In this document: piece by piece, positions 20,986 through 24,000 of the stretch
How positions within the stretch are numbered: the first letter of the stretch is position 1
How the letters are laid out: every line of letters starts with the position of its first letter
Assembly (NCBI GenBank): GCA_947630985.1
Contig: CANRJQ010000009.1
Span: 15,168-39,167, forward strand
Direction: 5' to 3'
DNA from: an uncultured Clostridia bacterium
GTDB lineage: Bacteria; Bacillota; Clostridia; Tissierellales; Peptoniphilaceae
DNA length: 24,000 bases
Program-made: the position numbers and the translations under genes
Notes under the pieces: generated by a model
Told to the model about the DNA's origin: nothing
What the model saw: only the letters and a program-made list of their open reading frames with translations
The model's database searches: none

Positions 20986-21135
20986 ATGACACATATCAAA
21001 ACACTTACTAAAAAGAGTTTAAAGGATACACGTTCATATGCAGGATGTGGCGAATGCCAAACATCATGTCAATCAGCGTGTAAAACATCTTGCACTGTAG
21101 GAAATCAAAAGTGCGAAAATGAAAAAAGAGACTAA
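20986..21135 (+). CDS. scfA: SCIFF (six cysteines in forty-five residues) ranthipeptide precursor peptide; absent from the supplied ORF track
   Basis: ATG 20986 lies 5 nt after GGAGG (20976-20980); stop is TAA 21133-21135. The 49-aa product is MTHIKTLTKKSLKDTRSYAGCGECQTSCQSACKTSCTVGNQKCENEKRD. The GCGECQTSCQSACKTSCTVGNQ core is the SCIFF family hallmark, and a cognate rSAM/SPASM gene follows immediately. Confidence 0.9.
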   Translation: MTHIKTLTKKSLKDTRSYAGCGECQTSCQSACKTSCTVGNQKCENEKRD

Positions 21136-21138
21136 TTT

Positions 21139-21161
21139 GAAGTGGGTCACCACTTCTTTTT
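21139..21161 (+). terminator. Intercistronic hairpin plus T-run, likely a partial terminator or attenuator between precursor and maturase
   Basis: GAAGTGG (21139-21145), loop GTCA, CCACTTC (21150-21156), followed by TTTTT (21157-21161). The scfB SD AGGAG at 21166-21170 lies just downstream. Confidence 0.6.
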
Positions 21162-21175
21162 AGTTAGGAGAAAAA

Positions 21176-22519
21176 ATGATACACAAATATTATTTAAATG
21201 ACAATTTCATAGTATTAGATGTCGAAAGTGGTTCTGTTCATGTGGTTGACGAATTGACCTATGACATACTAGACGACTATACTATACTAGATAAAAATGC
21301 ATTAATTTCTAAACATTCAAAAAAATACAATAAGTCGGATATTGAAACGGCAATTGGAGAAATTGAAATATTAATTTCAGAAGAATTACTTTTTTCTGAA
21401 AAAACTAATTATGAAGATATTGAATACAATCCAACTAATATAGTTAAAGCTATGTGTTTACACGTTGCCCATGATTGTAATTTAAAATGTAAATATTGTT
21501 TTGCAGCTCAGGGAAATTTTAAAGGCGAAAGGGCATTAATGTCTTTAGAAACTGGGAAAAAATCTTTGGAATTTCTTGCAAAGAACTCAGGAAATAGAAG
21601 GAATTTAGAAGTTGACTTTTTCGGCGGCGAACCATTGATGAATTTTGATGTGGTTAAAGAGCTAGTCCATTATGGAAGAGAGCTAGAGAAAATATATAAC
21701 AAAAATTTTCGATTTACCATAACTACAAATGGAGTATTACTGACTGACGATAAAATTGAATTTATTAACGAACATATGGATAATGTCGTGCTTTCTTTAG
21801 ATGGTAGAAAAGAAGTAAATGATTATATCAGACCTACACTCAATGACAAAGGAAGTTTTGATTTGATAGTTCCTAAGTTTAAAAAATTAATAGATACTCG
21901 TGGCGAAAAAGATTACTATATTCGCGGAACCTTTACAAAGTTCAACAAAGACTTTAGAAAAGATTTAAAAGCCTATTATGATTTAGGTTTTAAAAAAGTA
22001 TCTATTGAACCGGTAGTTACAGATCCAAATGAACCTTATGCTTTGACCGAAGAAGATTTGTATGAAATATTAAAAGAATACGAAGAATTTTCAAAAGATT
22101 ATTTAGATATTCGAAAAACAGACAAGGACTTCCTATTTTTCCACTATATGATAGATCTATCCCAAGGACCATGTGTAGTTAAAAGGCTAGTAGGGTGTGG
22201 TGCCGGAAGCGAATATATTGCAATCACTCCTGAGGGTGATATATATCCTTGTCACCAATTTGTTGGAGAAAAAGAATTTTTAATGGGGAATCTGGAAGAA
22301 GGAATTACAAATATTAAACTTAGAGATAATTTCAAATGCGCCAATGTTCTAAACAAAACAGAATGTGATAATTGCTTTGCTAAATATTATTGTAGCGGAG
22401 GATGTCACGCCAATGCATTTTTTAATAATGGAGATTTCTTAAAACCTTATGAACTTGGTTGTGAAATGGAAAGAAAGAGAGTCGAGTGTTCTATTTCAAT
22501 CTTAGCAAACGAAATATAA
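21176..22519 (+). CDS. scfB: SCIFF radical SAM/SPASM maturase (thioether-forming, CteB/Tte1186 family)
   Basis: CX3CX2C motif CNLKCKYC (about nt 21476-21499), GGEPL, and a C-terminal SPASM domain with CGAGSEYIAITPEGDIYPCHQF and CX2CX5CX3C (CDNCFAKYYCSGGC, about nt 22364-22405). It lies directly downstream of the SCIFF precursor. Confidence 0.9.
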   Translation: MIHKYYLNDNFIVLDVESGSVHVVDELTYDILDDYTILDKNALISKHSKKYNKSDIETAIGEIEILISEELLFSEKTNYEDIEYNPTNIVKAMCLHVAHDCNLKCKYCFAAQGNFKGERALMSLETGKKSLEFLAKNSGNRRNLEVDFFGGEPLMNFDVVKELVHYGRELEKIYNKNFRFTITTNGVLLTDDKIEFINEHMDNVVLSLDGRKEVNDYIRPTLNDKGSFDLIVPKFKKLIDTRGEKDYYIRGTFTKFNKDFRKDLKAYYDLGFKKVSIEPVVTDPNEPYALTEEDLYEILKEYEEFSKDYLDIRKTDKDFLFFHYMIDLSQGPCVVKRLVGCGAGSEYIAITPEGDIYPCHQFVGEKEFLMGNLEEGITNIKLRDNFKCANVLNKTECDNCFAKYYCSGGCHANAFFNNGDFLKPYELGCEMERKRVECSISILANEI

Positions 22520-22534
22520 AATGGTAAATAATAA

Positions 22535-22563
22535 TTGACTTTTTTATAATTAAATGGTAACAT
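22535..22563 (+). promoter_or_regulatory. Putative sigma-A promoter of the rplU-prp-rpmA operon
   Basis: TTGACT (22535-22540), 17-nt spacer ending in TG (22555-22556), -10 TAACAT (22558-22563). This leaves an untranslated leader of about 75 nt before ATG 22644. Confidence 0.5.
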
Positions 22564-22643
22564 AATTTGTTGTGAGCCGCACTATATAGGTTTTAAACAT
22601 AAAGTACCTTATTAGGCGAGACTGGTTAAGAGGAGGTGCCCGC

Positions 22644-22952
22644 ATGTACGCAGTTATAGAAACTGGTGGAAAACAATACAAAGTTGAAAAAGGCGATGTA
22701 TTGAAAGTCGAAAAATTAGACGCAGAAGTTGGCGAAAAGATTGTTTTTGATAAAGTTTTCTTAGTTGCTAATGGAGAAGATGTAAAAATCGGAAGTCCAT
22801 TTGTAGAAGGAGCAAAAGTTGAAGCGAATGTTGTAGAACACGCTAAAGGCAAAAAAATCATCGTTTACAAATACAAAGCTAAGAAGAATTATCGTAAGAA
22901 ACAAGGACATAGACAACCATATACAGAAATTGAAATAGCAGAAATAATCTAA
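22644..22952 (+). CDS. rplU: 50S ribosomal protein L21
   Basis: [25 protein letters not shown] is a canonical L21 N-terminus. A strong SD, AGAGGAGGTG, lies upstream. Confidence 0.97.
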   Translation: MYAVIETGGKQYKVEKGDVLKVEKLDAEVGEKIVFDKVFLVANGEDVKIGSPFVEGAKVEANVVEHAKGKKIIVYKYKAKKNYRKKQGHRQPYTEIEIAEII

Positions 22953-23299
22953 TGCTAAATATTAAACTGATAAAAAGTAAAGATTTTTTTACTGGATTGT
23001 TTATCTCTGGTCATGCTTTCATGGGTGAACCAGGAGAAGATATAGTTTGTGCATCGGTTTCCACATTGGGAATTACTCTGGCAAATTATTTGGTGGAAGT
23101 ATTAAAAATTTCTGAGGAAATGCTTGGTATACATGCAATAGAAAACGATGAAGCATCTATATTGTCGATAAATATTGAAGATGAAAATATCATAGAAAAA
23201 AATGAAGTCCAAAATGGATTTAAATTCTTTGAAATAGGGATGATATCCTTATTAGAAGATTACAGTGAATATATTGAATTAATTTACCAGGAGGTGTAA
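22952..23299 (+). CDS. prp: Ribosomal-processing cysteine protease Prp (YsxB family)
   Basis: It sits between rplU and rpmA. The catalytic His/Cys context is GHAFMGEPGEDIVCASVS. The TAATG junction overlaps the rplU stop by 1 nt. Confidence 0.88.
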   Translation: MLNIKLIKSKDFFTGLFISGHAFMGEPGEDIVCASVSTLGITLANYLVEVLKISEEMLGIHAIENDEASILSINIEDENIIEKNEVQNGFKFFEIGMISLLEDYSEYIELIYQEV

Positions 23300-23302
23300 T
23301 TG

Positions 23303-23581
23303 ATGATAAAATTAAACTTACAGTTTTTTGCCTCTAAAAAAGGAGTAGGAAGCTCTAGAAACGGTCGTGACAGTGAAGCTAAAAGACTTGGTGTTAAAAG
23401 AGGAGACGGTCAATTCGTAAGTGCAGGAAGCATTTTAGTAAGACAAAGAGGTACTAAAATTCACCCTGGAACTAATGTTGGTCGTGGAGGAGATGACACT
23501 TTGTTTGCGTTAATAGATGGAGTTGTTAAATTCGAACCAAAGGGCAAGAAAACTAAACAAGTAAGCGTATACGACGCATAA
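23303..23581 (+). CDS. rpmA: 50S ribosomal protein L27, with the Firmicute N-terminal propeptide
   Basis: [39 protein letters not shown] at 23290-23296 favours ATG 23303 over the track TTG at 23300. Confidence 0.97.
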   Translation: MIKLNLQFFASKKGVGSSRNGRDSEAKRLGVKRGDGQFVSAGSILVRQRGTKIHPGTNVGRGGDDTLFALIDGVVKFEPKGKKTKQVSVYDA

Positions 23582-23596
23582 TTATTTGAAACTGAG

Positions 23597-23624
23597 ACCT
23601 AGCCATTGATGGCTGGGTTTTTTT
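23597..23624 (+). terminator. Intrinsic terminator after rpmA
   Basis: ACCTAGCC / GGCTGGGT stem (one G-U pair), loop ATTGAT, followed by a run of seven T's ending at 23624. Confidence 0.85.
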
Positions 23625-23644
23625 GTGGAATTGCTACAATATAA

Positions 23645-23673
23645 TTGTTAGAATGTTATTTTCGTGTTATATT
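23645..23673 (+). promoter_or_regulatory. Putative promoter for obg
   Basis: TTGTTA (23645-23650), 17-nt spacer ending in TGt, -10 TATATT (23668-23673). Confidence 0.4.
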
Positions 23674-23698
23674 ATAATAAAAAGAAAAGGTGTAAAAG

Positions 23699-24000
23699 AT
23701 GTTTATAGATGAAACTAAAATAACTGTTACCGCTGGGAATGGTGGTGATGGTGCTGTTGCATGGAGAAGAGAGAAATTTGAACCCTCAGGAGGACCAGCA
23801 GGTGGAGATGGCGGAAACGGTGGATCCATCATTTTAGTGACTTCTGAAAACATTCATACTTTAATGGACTTTAGGTACAAGAGGATTTACAAAGGGAACA
23901 ATGGTGAAAATGGAAGAAATAAAAAACAATTTGGAGCAAATGGTGAAGATATTGTTTTAAAGGTTCCAATTGGTACTCTTGTAAAGGATTCTGTTACTGG
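23699..24000 (+). CDS. obg: GTPase Obg, N-terminal part (3' end outside the window; not in the ORF track because no stop is reached)
   Basis: ATG 23699 follows AAAGGTG. The translation [46 protein letters not shown]... is the glycine-rich Obg fold, and the frame stays open to nt 24000. Confidence 0.95.
   Translation, partial: MFIDETKITVTAGNGGDGAVAWRREKFEPSGGPAGGDGGNGGSIILVTSENIHTLMDFRYKRIYKGNNGENGRNKKQFGANGEDIVLKVPIGTLVKDSVT

Noticed and set aside
22550-22861. 103-aa minus-strand ORF overlapping the rplU promoter, leader and coding region
   Set aside because: It is antisense to L21 and crosses the promoter. The translation is Ser/Thr/Phe-rich and low-complexity.
23656-23853. 65-aa minus-strand ORF with [14 protein letters not shown] repeats
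   Set aside because: It is the reverse complement of the Gly-rich Obg N-terminal domain (GGDGG codons read as PP on the other strand). obg on the + strand is unambiguous.

Overview
This is a visibly AT-rich chromosomal core region from a low-GC Firmicute. Gene content and the presence of RuvC plus a SCIFF cassette suggest Clostridia or Tissierellia. Nearly all genes are on the + strand, tightly packed, and mostly housekeeping. In order: the 3' end of an SMC/YhaN-like ATPase, a metallophosphoesterase, ppsA, an AlaX-like editing protein (-), comEC, holA, rpsT (-), lepB, lepA, hemW, a CitC-like ligase, a membrane-anchored SH3b-GH18 hydrolase and two poorly characterised genes. These are followed by ruvC-ruvA-ruvB-queA-tgt-yajC, then rplU-prp-rpmA and the 5' end of obg. 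I found no rRNA, tRNA, CRISPR array, transposase or integrase. The most system-like element is missing from the supplied ORF track: a 49-codon ORF (20986-21135) encoding a six-cysteine SCIFF-type RiPP precursor. A hairpin attenuator and a radical-SAM/SPASM maturase (21176-22519) follow it directly. This family is known (SCIFF/ranthipeptide), but the physiological role of its product is still largely open. Here it appears to be transcriptionally fused to the ruv-queA-tgt-yajC operon. Secondary points are an unrecognisable 243-aa basic protein heading the ruvCAB operon, a self-contained His-rich gene with a non-ATG start and an operator-like palindrome, an orphan CitC-like ligase, and a possible leaderless comEC. 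Several track ORFs have artificial N-terminal extensions, which I corrected using Shine-Dalgarno placement. All family assignments come from motif recognition by eye, with no database search.
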